56,601 nucleotides of DNA from an uncultured Bacilli bacterium (lineage in GTDB: Bacteria > Bacillota_I > Bacilli_A > RF39 > UBA660). Positions 42,722 to 53,754 of this stretch are shown piece after piece; the stretch's first letter is position 1; each line of letters begins with the position of its first letter. A program made the position numbers and the translations under genes. Under the pieces are notes generated by a model. It was not told the origin of the DNA and did not search any database. It saw only the letters and a list, made by a program, of their open reading frames with translations. The stretch is from NCBI GenBank assembly GCA_947589495.1, contig CANQAK010000005.1, positions 1 through 56,601 on the forward strand, written 5' to 3'.

Positions 42722-43303
42722 CTATTTCTTACCCATAATTACTAAACCAGCAAATCCACCAATTAATATTACAAATATTCCAACAATAATAATGGCATCA
42801 TATTTTCCTGATTTTTCTGTATCTTCATTTGTTGTTGCGCTTTGATTTGCAACTGTTTCTAAATCAATTCCTAAATCATCAGCTAAATCTTTAACAACAT
42901 CAACTTTTTCTTTACTATCTCTAGCTTTTTCAATTTCTTCTTTTACTGTATCAGTATTTTGTGGTAATCCAATTGTATGGTAATCACCAATAACAATTGT
43001 AGGCGTAGCCATTTCAGTTTCATTATAATGTTCATATACTTTTGTAATTAATTGATATAAATCATCATTTCCTACTATCCAATTACCATTACTGTCTGCA
43101 CCACTCCAAACTTCTAAAGTTACTAATTCAAATAAATCAGGTTCATCTTCTAATAAACCAGTAAAATATTCATTAGCAGATTCACAAGCAGGACAGCCAT
43201 TTTTTGTAAACATATATACTTTTACAGTATCTTCAGCTTTAACAACTGGTATCATAATTAATGCTATTGCTAAAGTTATAATAAATAATGCTATTTTTTT
43301 CAT
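42722..43303 (-). CDS. Exported thioredoxin/glutaredoxin-fold protein with C-terminal membrane anchor
   Basis: Signal peptide (VKA|E), CPAC, cis-Pro TPTIVIG, C-terminal TM plus KK. Confidence 0.78.
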   Translation of the reverse strand: MKKIALFIITLAIALIMIPVVKAEDTVKVYMFTKNGCPACESANEYFTGLLEDEPDLFELVTLEVWSGADSNGNWIVGNDDLYQLITKVYEHYNETEMATPTIVIGDYHTIGLPQNTDTVKEEIEKARDSKEKVDVVKDLADDLGIDLETVANQSATTNEDTEKSGKYDAIIIVGIFVILIGGFAGLVIMGKK

Positions 43304-43353
43304 TTTTACCTCCCATTAAAACAATTATAACAAAATTATCATGTCTTTTAAAG

Positions 43354-43902
43354 CTATTTTTCTAAAGTTTTAAAGATTTTCACAATTCGAACAATAATTT
43401 CTTTATCATCTAGTTCTATCTTATTTGTAGAAATTAAAGTTGCTAATCCATTAGCATAAAGCCATACATGCATAAACAATTCTTTAGCTTCATCAAATGT
43501 ATAACCACTTTTATTGACTAAATTTATTATTGCTCCTTGATTCCATTTTTCATTTAAAACATCATCAATAGTTTTCCATTTTAAATTATCTGATAAAAAT
43601 AAACTAATAAATAAATTTTTATAATATTTTGCAAATTCAACATAAGCAACGCACAAGGTAACTAAAGCTTTTTTATTATCAACTCTACTTGTTATAAATT
43701 CATCATATTGTTTATATATTTCTTTATAAATGTCTTCTTTTATTTCATCCATGTTTTGATAAATTCTATAAAGTGGTTTAGTTGAAATTTTTAACTCTTT
43801 AGCTAAATCACGAGCATTAATTGATTCCCAACCCTTTTTATTAACCATTACAACTGCTTTTTTAATTATTGTTTCTTTACTTAATTTGCAACTAGCTGGC
43901 AT
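43354..43902 (-). CDS. TetR family regulator
   Basis: GWESINARDLAKELKISTKPLYRIY. Confidence 0.88.
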   Translation of the reverse strand: MPASCKLSKETIIKKAVVMVNKKGWESINARDLAKELKISTKPLYRIYQNMDEIKEDIYKEIYKQYDEFITSRVDNKKALVTLCVAYVEFAKYYKNLFISLFLSDNLKWKTIDDVLNEKWNQGAIINLVNKSGYTFDEAKELFMHVWLYANGLATLISTNKIELDDKEIIVRIVKIFKTLEK

Positions 43903-43920
43903 ATAATTCCCCCATTCTTA

Positions 43921-43936
43921 GATAACCATTGTTACC
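43921..43936. promoter_or_regulatory. Possible TetR autoregulatory operator
   Basis: GATAAC-catt-GTTACC near-palindrome just upstream of the RBS. Confidence 0.4.
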
Positions 43937-43986
43937 ATAATTATAACGGTTTAATATTTTTTTGTCAAATGTTACCAATTATTTAA

Positions 43987-46356
43987 TTATTGATTTCTTA
44001 ATTCAGCATCATATTTTTGTTCAACTTCATTTATGATCTTATTAAATTGTTCCATTACTTCTTCTTCTGTTAAAGTTTTATTTGTATCAGTAAATGTTAA
44101 ATTAAATGCAATTGATTTTTTACCTTGGAAAACATTTTCACCTTTATAGACATCAAATACTGATACATTTTCTAACATTCTACCCCCAGCTTTTTTAATT
44201 GTATTTATAATTTCTCCTGCACTTACATCTTCATTAACTATAAATGCCATATCTTTTTCCATTTCTGGATACTTATTTGCTTCTTTAAACTTAAGCGGTT
44301 TAATATCTTTCATTAATTCATTTAAAGAAAGTTCAAAAACATATATTTCATCTTTATTTATTTTTGGATGAACTCTTCCTAAAACTCCGATTTCTTTTTT
44401 ATCAAGTAATATTTTAGCACTTATTCCTGGATGAAAAGAATTATTTTCATTTACTACAAATTCATATCTATTTTTAAATCCCATATAATCTAAAATATTT
44501 TCAACAATACCTTTAACTAAATAAAAATCTATTTTTACAAATGTATTCCAACCGTTACTCATATAATTACCACTTAAAAGTCCTGTTATTAAACTTTCTT
44601 CTTGATAATTTTTATCATAAGTTTTACTTATCTCATATATAAGAATATCTTTTACTTTACGTTTTTTATTATATTCATACACATTCATAAGTGATGGAAT
44701 TAATGTAGTTCTTACAACACATTTATCTTTACTTAATGGATTTGGTAATAAAATATTTTCTTTGTTACGATAATTAAATTCCTTAGCTTCTTTTTCACTA
44801 ACTAATGTATATGTTTTTACTTCATTTAATCCTAAACTTCTAAGTCTTTTAGAAATAGATTTTCTATATTTTACATCACCAACATATTGACCTCTTCTAA
44901 TATTGGTATTAGGTAATGTAGAAGTTAAATTTTGATAACCGTATAATCTACCAATTTCTTCTGCTATATCATTAACATAACAATCTATATCTAATCTTCT
45001 ATTTGGAATAGTAACATTAAAAATACCATCTTTTAATTCATAAGGAAAATCTAATCTTTCTAATTCAATTTTCATATCATTTTCGCTTATATCTATACCC
45101 AAAATATTATTAACTTCTTCTTTTTCAAATTGAACTTTTTTAAGAGTTTTATCAATTCTATCATGACAAACTATCCCTGATAAAATTTTAGCACCAGCAT
45201 ATTTTTCTAATAAATGACATGCTCTTTTTATAGCCATTTCTGTATATTCATAATTTAAACCTTTTCCATAACGAATAGATGCTTCACTTTTTAAATCTAA
45301 ATTTTGAGCAGTATATCTTATACTAACAGCATCAAAAATTGCACTTTCAATTAATATAGTTTTAGTAGTATCTAAAACTTCAGTGTTTTCACCACCCATT
45401 ACACCAGCAATACATACAGGTTTTTCGCCATCAGTTATCACAATATCATTATTAGTTAAAATTCTTTTTTTACCATCTAAAGTAACAATTTCTTCTTGAT
45501 CTTTTGCGTCTCTTACAAGAATTTTATCTCCTAAATAATCTTTATCAAAAAAGTGTAGAGGTTGACCAAATTCAAGCATAACATAATTAGAAATATCTAC
45601 TACATTATTTAATGGACGCATTCCAGCATCAATTAATCTTTTTTTAATAAAATCAGGAGATTCACCAATTTTTATATCTGTTACCATTTTTGCTAAATAA
45701 TAAGGACATTTTGGTGTTTCAACTTTAAGTGAAAAATGTTTTTCAATTGAATCTTCTATTTCATTAAATGATAAATCAGGTAATTTAACTTTTCTATTTA
45801 AGATAGCTGCTATTTCATATGCAAACCCAATATGATAATAACAATCATTATTTCTATGTTTATGAATATCAAGTTCATATAAAGTATTACATAACCCTAA
45901 ATATTCAAGAGGATTTTTACCTACTGGAGCCTTATCATCTAATTCATAAATTCCTTTATTATAATTTTCTTCTGTTTTCTCTTCTAATCCTAATTCAAAT
46001 AAAGCACAAATCATTCCATTAGATTCTACTCCTCGAATTTTACTTTTTTTAATTTCAAAATCCCCTGGTAAAACTGCTCCTGGAAGTGAAACAATAACTT
46101 TTAAACCTTTTCTAACATTTGGAGCACCACAAACAATTTGAATAACTTCATCTCCAATATTTACTTTACAAACATGTAAATGATCACTATCAGGGTGATT
46201 CTCACATTCAATGATTTCTCCAATTACTAATTTATCAATATCATTAGTTATAACTTTTTCAACATTAATACCTGCTTTGGTAATTTTAACTGCTAATTCT
46301 TTTAAATCTTGATCACTTATATCAATATAATCTTTTACCCATTCTAAACTTATCAC
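43987..46356 (-). CDS. pheT: Phenylalanine--tRNA ligase beta subunit
   Basis: HPDSDHL, QIVCGAPN, RGVESNGMIC, NNVVDISNYVMLEFGQPLH, EEIGRLYGY, FDVY. Confidence 0.97.
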   Translation of the reverse strand: MISLEWVKDYIDISDQDLKELAVKITKAGINVEKVITNDIDKLVIGEIIECENHPDSDHLHVCKVNIGDEVIQIVCGAPNVRKGLKVIVSLPGAVLPGDFEIKKSKIRGVESNGMICALFELGLEEKTEENYNKGIYELDDKAPVGKNPLEYLGLCNTLYELDIHKHRNNDCYYHIGFAYEIAAILNRKVKLPDLSFNEIEDSIEKHFSLKVETPKCPYYLAKMVTDIKIGESPDFIKKRLIDAGMRPLNNVVDISNYVMLEFGQPLHFFDKDYLGDKILVRDAKDQEEIVTLDGKKRILTNNDIVITDGEKPVCIAGVMGGENTEVLDTTKTILIESAIFDAVSIRYTAQNLDLKSEASIRYGKGLNYEYTEMAIKRACHLLEKYAGAKILSGIVCHDRIDKTLKKVQFEKEEVNNILGIDISENDMKIELERLDFPYELKDGIFNVTIPNRRLDIDCYVNDIAEEIGRLYGYQNLTSTLPNTNIRRGQYVGDVKYRKSISKRLRSLGLNEVKTYTLVSEKEAKEFNYRNKENILLPNPLSKDKCVVRTTLIPSLMNVYEYNKKRKVKDILIYEISKTYDKNYQEESLITGLLSGNYMSNGWNTFVKIDFYLVKGIVENILDYMGFKNRYEFVVNENNSFHPGISAKILLDKKEIGVLGRVHPKINKDEIYVFELSLNELMKDIKPLKFKEANKYPEMEKDMAFIVNEDVSAGEIINTIKKAGGRMLENVSVFDVYKGENVFQGKKSIAFNLTFTDTNKTLTEEEVMEQFNKIINEVEQKYDAELRNQ

Positions 46357-46358
46357 TA

Positions 46359-47405
46359 TTAATCCTCCCTTCTATCAAAATTTCTAATTTCTCTTAAATC
46401 GGTATTATAAAATACTCTTATATCATTAATATCGTATTTTAACATAGCCATTCTCTCAGCACCAAAACCAAATGCAAAACCACTCCATGTCTTTGGATCA
46501 TAACCACTCATTTTTAAAACATTAGGATGAACTATACCCGCCCCAGCAATAGTAATCCAACCAGTTTTTTTACAAATATTACAACCCTTTCCTTTACAAT
46601 TAAAACAACTTATATCAACTTCTACTGAAGGCTCTGTAAATTGATAATAACTAGGTCTAAATCTAGTAACAATATCATCACCAAATAATTTTTTAACAAT
46701 TACATCTATAGTACCTTTTAAATCTGATAAACTTATATTTTTATCAACCAATAAACCTTCAATTTGCATAAATTGATGTGAATGAGTTGCATCATCATCA
46801 TCTCTTCTGTAAGTTTTACCAGGGCAAATCATTCTAATTGGTTCTTTTCCTTTACCTTTTAACATAGTTCTAACTTGAACAGGAGAAGTTTGACTACGTA
46901 AAAGTATTTCTTCACCTTCTATATAGAAAGTATCTTGAGCATCTCTTGCTGGATGTCCTTTGGGAATATTTAACATTTCAAAATTATACTTATCTTCTTC
47001 AATTTCAGGACCATCAACTACATCATAACCCATACTCATAAATACTTCTTCTACTTCTTCAATTAATTTTTCTAAAATATTTGGAGATCCATTCTTTATT
47101 TTTGTAGCAGGTAAACTTATATCAATTGTTTCTTTTTTTAATTTTTCATTAATTTCTGCCTCTTCTAATTTATTATTAATAGTTATATAATTATCATTAA
47201 AAATATTTCTTAATTCATTTACATGCATTCCAAACTCTTTTTTCTCTTCATTAGGAATTTCTTTAATTAATTGATTTAAAGATGTAATTTTTCCATTTTT
47301 ACCCATATATTTTATTTTTAAATCTTCTAATTCACTTTTACAATTAATATTTGTAAATAAACCATCCAGTTCTTTTTTTAAATTTTCAATTTGTTCTTTA
47401 TACAT
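46359..47405 (-). CDS. pheS: Phenylalanine--tRNA ligase alpha subunit
   Basis: [34 protein letters not shown]. Confidence 0.98.
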   Translation of the reverse strand: MYKEQIENLKKELDGLFTNINCKSELEDLKIKYMGKNGKITSLNQLIKEIPNEEKKEFGMHVNELRNIFNDNYITINNKLEEAEINEKLKKETIDISLPATKIKNGSPNILEKLIEEVEEVFMSMGYDVVDGPEIEEDKYNFEMLNIPKGHPARDAQDTFYIEGEEILLRSQTSPVQVRTMLKGKGKEPIRMICPGKTYRRDDDDATHSHQFMQIEGLLVDKNISLSDLKGTIDVIVKKLFGDDIVTRFRPSYYQFTEPSVEVDISCFNCKGKGCNICKKTGWITIAGAGIVHPNVLKMSGYDPKTWSGFAFGFGAERMAMLKYDINDIRVFYNTDLREIRNFDRRED

Positions 47406-47421
47406 TTTATCCTCCCTTTTA

Positions 47422-47635
47422 AATAAATAAAAGTTTCATAAATAAGGCTAAAGGACGAAATGATATCCGCGGTACCACCTTTATTTATGAAACTAATCAT
47501 ACACTTTAATTCTTAATGCGAATTCACATTAACACTCATTAACTGAAATTCAATTTATAATTTAACTAAAATATTTCCACCATATATATTTTTCTCTAAA
47601 AAAGTTTTTATAAATTTACTTAATTTAAATCATCG
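47422..47635 (-). ncRNA. T-box leader of pheST
   Basis: Minus strand AGAGA and GGTGGAA stem-I motifs, GAATTTC (Phe specifier), T-box AAGGTGGTACCGCG...CGTCCTTT. Confidence 0.9.
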
Positions 47636-47642
47636 TGTTATT

Positions 47643-48182
47643 TTAATAATTTTCAGCTTTCATTTCAAAAAAGCTTTTTGGATGTTTACAAACTGGACAA
47701 ATTTCTGGAGCTTTATTTCCAATAACTATATGTCCACAGTTGCGACATATCCAAATAGTATCACCATCTTTTGAGAAAACTAATCCTTCATCAATATTGC
47801 TAATTAATTTTCTATATCTTTCTTCATGTTCTTTTTCTATTTTACCAACCATTTCAAATAAAGTGGCAATACGAGTAAATCCTTCTTCTTTAGCTACTTT
47901 AGCAAATTCAGCATACATATCTGTCCATTCATAATTTTCTCCATCTGCTGCATCTTCTAAATTAGTATGAGTATCAGGAATATCTCCACCATGTAATTCT
48001 TTAAACCAAAGTTTAGCATGTTCTTTTTCATTATTGGCAGTTTCTTCAAAAATTGCTGCTATTTGTTCATAACCATCTTTTCTAGCTTTACTAGCATAAT
48101 ATGTATATTTATTTCTAGCTTGACTTTCTCCTGCGAAAGCCGCCATTAAATTGCTTTCTGTTTTAGAACCTTTTAACTCCAT
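47643..48182 (-). CDS. rbr: Rubrerythrin
   Basis: [27 protein letters not shown]...CPVC. Confidence 0.95.
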   Translation of the reverse strand: MELKGSKTESNLMAAFAGESQARNKYTYYASKARKDGYEQIAAIFEETANNEKEHAKLWFKELHGGDIPDTHTNLEDAADGENYEWTDMYAEFAKVAKEEGFTRIATLFEMVGKIEKEHEERYRKLISNIDEGLVFSKDGDTIWICRNCGHIVIGNKAPEICPVCKHPKSFFEMKAENY

Positions 48183-48240
48183 TTTATACACTTCCTTTTC
48201 ATAAAAGATTATAAATCATTAAACTAAAAAAGTAAAGAAA

Positions 48241-49032
48241 TTATTCATTTTTATTCTTTACTTTTTTTAAATCATCGTAAGCTTTTTCTAATCGTTCTTT
48301 TTCTAAAGAACTTTCTTCTTCTTTTTCATCATTATTATCTTCATCTAAAGATAAATCTTTTTCATTTAACTTGGGAATTTCTTCCGTTTTATCTTTTATA
48401 TTATCTATTTTCTTAGTATTATCTTTTTCATTTTTTTCATCAGAACTTTTTGCTAAATTAAATATTTTCATTATATCTTTAATTATTATAAATAATGCCG
48501 GAATTAACACTACTAAAAGCCATCCAAAACTACTTGATAAGAAAGATTGAATTCTTCCTAAACCAGGTATAACAGCTTTAACAACTCCAATAACGTTGCT
48601 TTCTTTAACACATGCTTGATCTTCTTGAGTATTATTATCTCCTCTAGTAACTAAACAAGTAGAACCATCATCTAATGTTTTTGTTCCTACTACCCGGTGA
48701 GTAATAGTCATACCATAAGTTACTTGCCAAGTTGAAATAAATGTTATAACATCATTAACTTTTATATCATCTATATCATCAACTTTTGTATTAATTATAA
48801 CATCATACACATTTATAGTAGGTTCCATACTTTCACTTACTATTGTATAAACAGAAAATTTTGGTTCAAATTTTTCACCCTTAGTTGCATAAAGTTTAAC
48901 TGAAACATAATAATAAGCTAGAAGAATACCAATTATTATTAAAATCGTAAAAACAGTCCAACTTAATACGGTAGATATGTATTTAAATAGACCTTTAAAA
49001 TTATAACGTGTTTCATCCATTTTATTTTCCAT
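48241..49032 (-). CDS. Signal peptidase I, SipW/ER-type
   Basis: SESMEPT, ITHRV, TRGDNN (Ser-His type). Confidence 0.88.
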   Translation of the reverse strand: MENKMDETRYNFKGLFKYISTVLSWTVFTILIIIGILLAYYYVSVKLYATKGEKFEPKFSVYTIVSESMEPTINVYDVIINTKVDDIDDIKVNDVITFISTWQVTYGMTITHRVVGTKTLDDGSTCLVTRGDNNTQEDQACVKESNVIGVVKAVIPGLGRIQSFLSSSFGWLLVVLIPALFIIIKDIMKIFNLAKSSDEKNEKDNTKKIDNIKDKTEEIPKLNEKDLSLDEDNNDEKEEESSLEKERLEKAYDDLKKVKNKNE

Positions 49033-49095
49033 AATAATGCTTTCCTATTCTAAATTAATTATAAACAACTTTTTCAATATTAACAAGAACTAAAA

Positions 49096-49812
49096 CTAAT
49101 TTTCTTTATATTCTACTTTAAAATTAGCTTTAATACTTTTATCTATATTATTATTAGCATTTTTAATAATTGTTTCACTTTTCCAATACATAGTTTTTTC
49201 TTCTCCTGGATTAGTAGTTAACTCATAATTAGTTTCAATACTAAGATTTGTATTTAATCCTGCTATATCATAATAATTTCCCATTAAAGGACTTAAATTA
49301 CTACTATCTGTAGAAATTACATTGTTAACATAAGTCCAATTTTCATTATCAAATGAGTAAGAAAAACGAACTAATAAGTCACTATCATTTGTAGCAATTA
49401 AATTATTATAAAAATTATTTTCTAAAATATTATATTTAACATCAAAAAAGATCTTACCAGCTTCTTTTGCACTACTATTAGTTTTAAATGTTATATTAGA
49501 AGTATTTTCTAAAACAATATCTTCTTTACTTTCTAAATCACTTGCTAATACTTTCTTATCTATATCATCAAGACTAGTTATTAAAATACGACTATTTTTA
49601 TTATTAATTTCAATAACTTCAGCATTTTTATTATCATCTCGATAATATTTTCCAATAAATACTAATGAACTAAATAAAGTAAACCCAAAAAGAATAATTA
49701 AGACAAATAAAAGAATTACTTGAGAAGAATTTTTAAAATAGGCTACTTCTTTAATTTCTAAATCTTCTGTATCATCATATTTTTTCTTATTTGTACCCAC
49801 TTTTTTATTCAT
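49096..49812 (-). CDS. Membrane-anchored hypothetical protein
   Basis: Single TM near N-terminus, beta-rich exported domain; upstream of SipW-like gene. Confidence 0.7.
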   Translation of the reverse strand: MNKKVGTNKKKYDDTEDLEIKEVAYFKNSSQVILLFVLIILFGFTLFSSLVFIGKYYRDDNKNAEVIEINNKNSRILITSLDDIDKKVLASDLESKEDIVLENTSNITFKTNSSAKEAGKIFFDVKYNILENNFYNNLIATNDSDLLVRFSYSFDNENWTYVNNVISTDSSNLSPLMGNYYDIAGLNTNLSIETNYELTTNPGEEKTMYWKSETIIKNANNNIDKSIKANFKVEYKEN

Positions 49813-49944
49813 CTTTATATTCTCCTTATTCTATTAATGAGTATAGCATAAGTTCAAATTAACCGCAAGAATTATAATTTAAAAAAAATCTATTCTTAAT
49901 TGAAATAGACTTGTTATTACATCAAATATAAATAGATTTTTTTC

Positions 49945-51309
49945 TTATTCATCATAGAAATTATTCATATAATTAATATTTTCTTCTATTATTTGATAAT
50001 TTTCTTTAGAAATATGAATAACTATTTTTTCTTCACCAGTATATATTTTTATTTCTTTTTTCTTAATGTAATTTAAAAATTCATTAATATAATCTTTAAT
50101 ACTCATTTCATATTTTTTAAAAATAGACCAATAATCATAAGTTATATAATTATTATTATTAATATTATAAATATGTTTTTCTTCATTTATATCATAATGT
50201 TTTTTATCTAAAGTATAGTATTCTACTAGAATATCACTTCTATCTTCAAAAACTATTTCCGTTATATAACAATTCATATTTTTTAATATAAGATTTGGTT
50301 CCATCACTATATTAAAAGTATTAGTTAATTCAGTATGATTTTCCTCTATTATTTTATAAGTTGATAATTCACACGCTATTAAACCACTGCTAATTCCAAA
50401 AATAATTAAAGCTATAATAAACATTATAAATACTTTTTTTACTTTTATTTCTATACTCAAAATTAATTTAATAAGTATTTCTATAATAAGATAAATTCCT
50501 AATATTAAAGAAAATAAACAAATTGCTCCATAAATAAGTAATATACCATTTTTAGCAAAATAAATTACAAATATAGTTAAAGCAATTAAAAACACAAAAC
50601 AAACTAACAATGGAATTAACAAGAAAAATGCCATGAATTTTAATAATAAGATAAATATTTTTTTTAATATTTTATATGGTTCAAATTCATTATTATCTCT
50701 TATAATTATTTTTTCTTCTTTAATTTTTATTTTTTCTTTTTCTTCAACATTTTTAATACTAATTTTTTCTTTATAATCTTCATAATAATCTAAATATCTT
50801 ATTTTATATAATTTAACTAATAAATATAAAGTAATTATAAAATAAATAATAATTAATATACCATTAAACATTCCTTTTAAACTATTAAATATTTCATAAG
50901 GTAAAAAATTAAATATATTATCTAAAACATATTGAATAATAAAATTCCCTAACAATAAAAATAAAATAATTATTAAAGCATAAAAACCCATTTCAAATAA
51001 ACATTTTATTTTTTGAACAAAAGTCATACTATAAAACATTTTTATTCCTTTAATAAACATATCTAAATAGAAAGATAAATAATCCATTATTCTTTTTTCT
51101 TTTTTTACTGGTTCTTTTAACCCAATTAATTCATCCATACTTGAATTAAATAATTTACATATTGCTACTATTTTTTCTGTTTCTGGATAAGAACTATTTG
51201 ATTCCCATTTTGATACAGCTTGTCTGGATACATTTAACTCATTAGCTAAATCTTCTTGACTTAATCCTTGCTCTTTTCTTAGTTTTGCTAATTTTTCTCC
51301 AAAACTCAT
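49945..51309 (-). CDS. XRE HTH fused to multi-pass membrane domain
   Basis: LSQEDLANELNVSRQAVSKWE; about five TM segments; likely start MSFGE after GAGGTG. Confidence 0.85.
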   Translation of the reverse strand: MSFGEKLAKLRKEQGLSQEDLANELNVSRQAVSKWESNSSYPETEKIVAICKLFNSSMDELIGLKEPVKKEKRIMDYLSFYLDMFIKGIKMFYSMTFVQKIKCLFEMGFYALIIILFLLLGNFIIQYVLDNIFNFLPYEIFNSLKGMFNGILIIIYFIITLYLLVKLYKIRYLDYYEDYKEKISIKNVEEKEKIKIKEEKIIIRDNNEFEPYKILKKIFILLLKFMAFFLLIPLLVCFVFLIALTIFVIYFAKNGILLIYGAICLFSLILGIYLIIEILIKLILSIEIKVKKVFIMFIIALIIFGISSGLIACELSTYKIIEENHTELTNTFNIVMEPNLILKNMNCYITEIVFEDRSDILVEYYTLDKKHYDINEEKHIYNINNNNYITYDYWSIFKKYEMSIKDYINEFLNYIKKKEIKIYTGEEKIVIHISKENYQIIEENINYMNNFYDE

Positions 51310-51432
51310 TTTTCTCACCTCGCTATCCATTTTATCTTATTTTATGAAATGCAACTACCAACTTTCAGTAGTAATTTGTTAACTTTTAGTTGCAAATTAC
51401 TATTATAAACAAAAAAATCTCATTAATCGAGA

Positions 51433-52176
51433 TTATTTTAATTTCATTTGATAATTTTCTAATTCAGGATTAATTCCTGTTACACATGCTAATATACTTT
51501 TAATAGATTTTAAATCTTTATTAAATGAAACAATTTTATCGGCAGAAGCCATAACTTGTCCTTCAATATATTTACTTTTAGAAAATGATATATTTCTAAT
51601 ATTATTGATATTAGTTGTTTCAATAATTAATGCTTTTAGATGAAGAGGTATTTTTTTATATTTCTCCATATTATTTATTTCTAAAATTTCAATTGGTACA
51701 TTTATTGAACGTACTGGAAATGGATACATATGATGAATTACACCATCTATAATAATTTTAGCTTCATCAATTGATTCAAAATACTCTGGAAACCAAGTTA
51801 TTGCATTAACAATAGCTTCAATCGGATGAGTAAATCCATGACGATTAATTAACATACTTTTTTTATTATTTTGATTTTGCCATGGCTTTTCATATAAATC
51901 ATGGAATAATGCTATTATAACTGCTAATCTTAAATCAATGGGATTAGTTGAAGTTGATTTTTTTTTGGAAATGGCATATGTTACAATAGCATCATTTATA
52001 ATATGACTTCCTAAACTAACATTACCATGATGTGGAAACACTTTAGCATCACATCTTTTTATAAATTCTTTATGAAATATTATAGGACTAGCTATATTTA
52101 AAAAGAATTCTTTTTCTTCATCCGGAAATTGATATTCATCTAATAATTTATAAATGTGATTTAGCATTTTATTCAC
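51433..52176 (-). CDS. HD-domain phosphohydrolase
   Basis: H...FHDLY...HGFTHP...HHMYP...ADK. Confidence 0.85.
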   Translation of the reverse strand: MNKMLNHIYKLLDEYQFPDEEKEFFLNIASPIIFHKEFIKRCDAKVFPHHGNVSLGSHIINDAIVTYAISKKKSTSTNPIDLRLAVIIALFHDLYEKPWQNQNNKKSMLINRHGFTHPIEAIVNAITWFPEYFESIDEAKIIIDGVIHHMYPFPVRSINVPIEILEINNMEKYKKIPLHLKALIIETTNINNIRNISFSKSKYIEGQVMASADKIVSFNKDLKSIKSILACVTGINPELENYQMKLK

Positions 52177-52312
52177 CTTTATTAAATTATATGCGAATAT
52201 TAAATTTTATACAATAATTTTTTTAGAAAATATGTCAATTATATATAAATATTTCTAAATAAAATTTTAAAACTTTCATATAATATTTATATATTCAAAA
52301 AATATAACACAT

Positions 52313-52341
52313 TTGACATGTAATGCTTTTTAAGGTAAAAT
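52313..52341 (+). promoter_or_regulatory. Sigma-A promoter of tRNA-Cys
   Basis: TTGACA, 17 bp, TAAAAT. Confidence 0.7.
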
Positions 52342-52362
52342 AATAAATGTTAATTTATTTAT

Positions 52363-52436
52363 GGAGCCGTAGCCAAGTGGTAAGGCCCCGGTCTGCAACA
52401 CCGTCATCGCCGGTTCAAATCCGGCCGGCTCCTCCA
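52363..52436 (+). tRNA. tRNA-Cys (GCA)
   Basis: GGAGCCG/CGGCTCC acceptor stem, anticodon loop CTGCAAC, GGTTCAAATCC, U73, encoded CCA. Confidence 0.96.
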
Positions 52437-52479
52437 ATATTGATTGTTACTTTAAATAATTAGTTTGAAAGTAATAAAT

Positions 52480-52503
52480 GCTAACAGAAATGTTAGTTTT
52501 TTT
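52480..52503 (+). terminator. Terminator after tRNA-Cys
   Basis: CTAACA-gaaa-TGTTAG plus T7. Confidence 0.8.
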
Positions 52504-52533
52504 GTGCATATAAAAAAGTTCTATTATAAGAAC

Positions 52534-53736
52534 TTAAATTACAATATTTCCATCTTTCATAATAGTAACTTTACCATCTATAGTATCAGCTTCAATTGTT
52601 AAATCATCAGTTCCAATCATAAAATCTACATGATTTTCTGACATATTTAATCCTATTTTCTTTAATTCATCTTTACTTAAATTATTTCCATCTTCAATAC
52701 ATTCTAAGAAACCACTTCCAAGAGCAACATGACAAGATGCATTTTCATCAATTAAAGTACTTTTAAAAACAATGTTAGTATTAGAAATTGGTGAATCAAA
52801 ATTTACTAAAGCTACTTCTCCTAAATAACAAGCGTTTTTATCACTTTCAATTATTTGTTTTAAAGTTTCTTTCCCTTCTTTTGCATCATAATCTACTACT
52901 TTGCCATTTTTAAATTTTACATGAAAATCATCTATTTTTTGTCCATTATAAATTAATGGTTTAGAACTATAAACAACACCATTAGTATAATGAAAGTCTG
53001 GAGAAGTAAATACTTCATAGCTAGGAACATTAACAATCCATTCTCCTGAACTTGCACTACACCATAAAGCCTTTTCATTTAATGTTACTTCAAGATTGGT
53101 TCCTAAAGAATTTTTATAATATAATTTATTTATTTTTAAATCATTTAATTTATTTTTTAATTTTTCTTGCTTGTCTAAATATTCATCCCATCTTTGAATA
53201 GGGTTACCTTCATCAAACATACATATTTTAGATAAGACATTCCAAAAATCTTCCACAGGATTTTCACTATCAGGAAATAAATCTTTAGCCCAAGGTTCAT
53301 TAGGAACACAAGCTATACACCATGGTATTTCTGATTTTAATTGCTTTTCTTTATAAACTGGTTTAGTAGTTCTTTTTATATTAGATGACTCAGCAATTTT
53401 ATCTGCTTCAATATCATCCATTAGTGCAGGTATCTCACTATCTAACATTAAAAATGCAGCATTTTTTTTAGCATACTCATCCCAAATACTACAATCAAAT
53501 AATTTACTATTTTTTATTTCCTCGACATTTGCGTCTTTTAAAAAATCATGTATATAATACTCATCTTCTTCTGCTAAATAAATATCTTGTACTCCTAAAG
53601 TTTTAGCAAATGACACCACTTCATCTACAAAATCCTTAATTAAAGTATTGTAATTAATAAAAAGTGGAGTATCACTACTTACTTTTAAACATCTTTTAAG
53701 TAAAAGTTCAATATATTTTTCTTTCATATTATTCAC
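52534..53736 (-). CDS. Aminopeptidase, M29 (AmpS/PepS) family
   Basis: NVPSYEVFTSP, YLGEVALV, LIDENASCHVALG, HVDFMIG. Confidence 0.93.
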   Translation of the reverse strand: MNNMKEKYIELLLKRCLKVSSDTPLFINYNTLIKDFVDEVVSFAKTLGVQDIYLAEEDEYYIHDFLKDANVEEIKNSKLFDCSIWDEYAKKNAAFLMLDSEIPALMDDIEADKIAESSNIKRTTKPVYKEKQLKSEIPWCIACVPNEPWAKDLFPDSENPVEDFWNVLSKICMFDEGNPIQRWDEYLDKQEKLKNKLNDLKINKLYYKNSLGTNLEVTLNEKALWCSASSGEWIVNVPSYEVFTSPDFHYTNGVVYSSKPLIYNGQKIDDFHVKFKNGKVVDYDAKEGKETLKQIIESDKNACYLGEVALVNFDSPISNTNIVFKSTLIDENASCHVALGSGFLECIEDGNNLSKDELKKIGLNMSENHVDFMIGTDDLTIEADTIDGKVTIMKDGNIVI

Positions 53737-53754
53737 CCTTTTGATTATATCATA

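Noticed and set aside
1848-47934. Short antisense or out-of-frame ORFs (e.g. 1848-2105, 5403-5717, 14387-14749, 14900-15265, 16180-16551, 23914-24306, 39079-39327, 40666-40920)
   Set aside because: They overlap well-supported genes and have shadow-frame composition with no motifs.
52363-52436. tRNA-Cys as an island integration site
   Set aside because: No integrase and no duplicated tRNA 3' end seen; flanks are ordinary genes.
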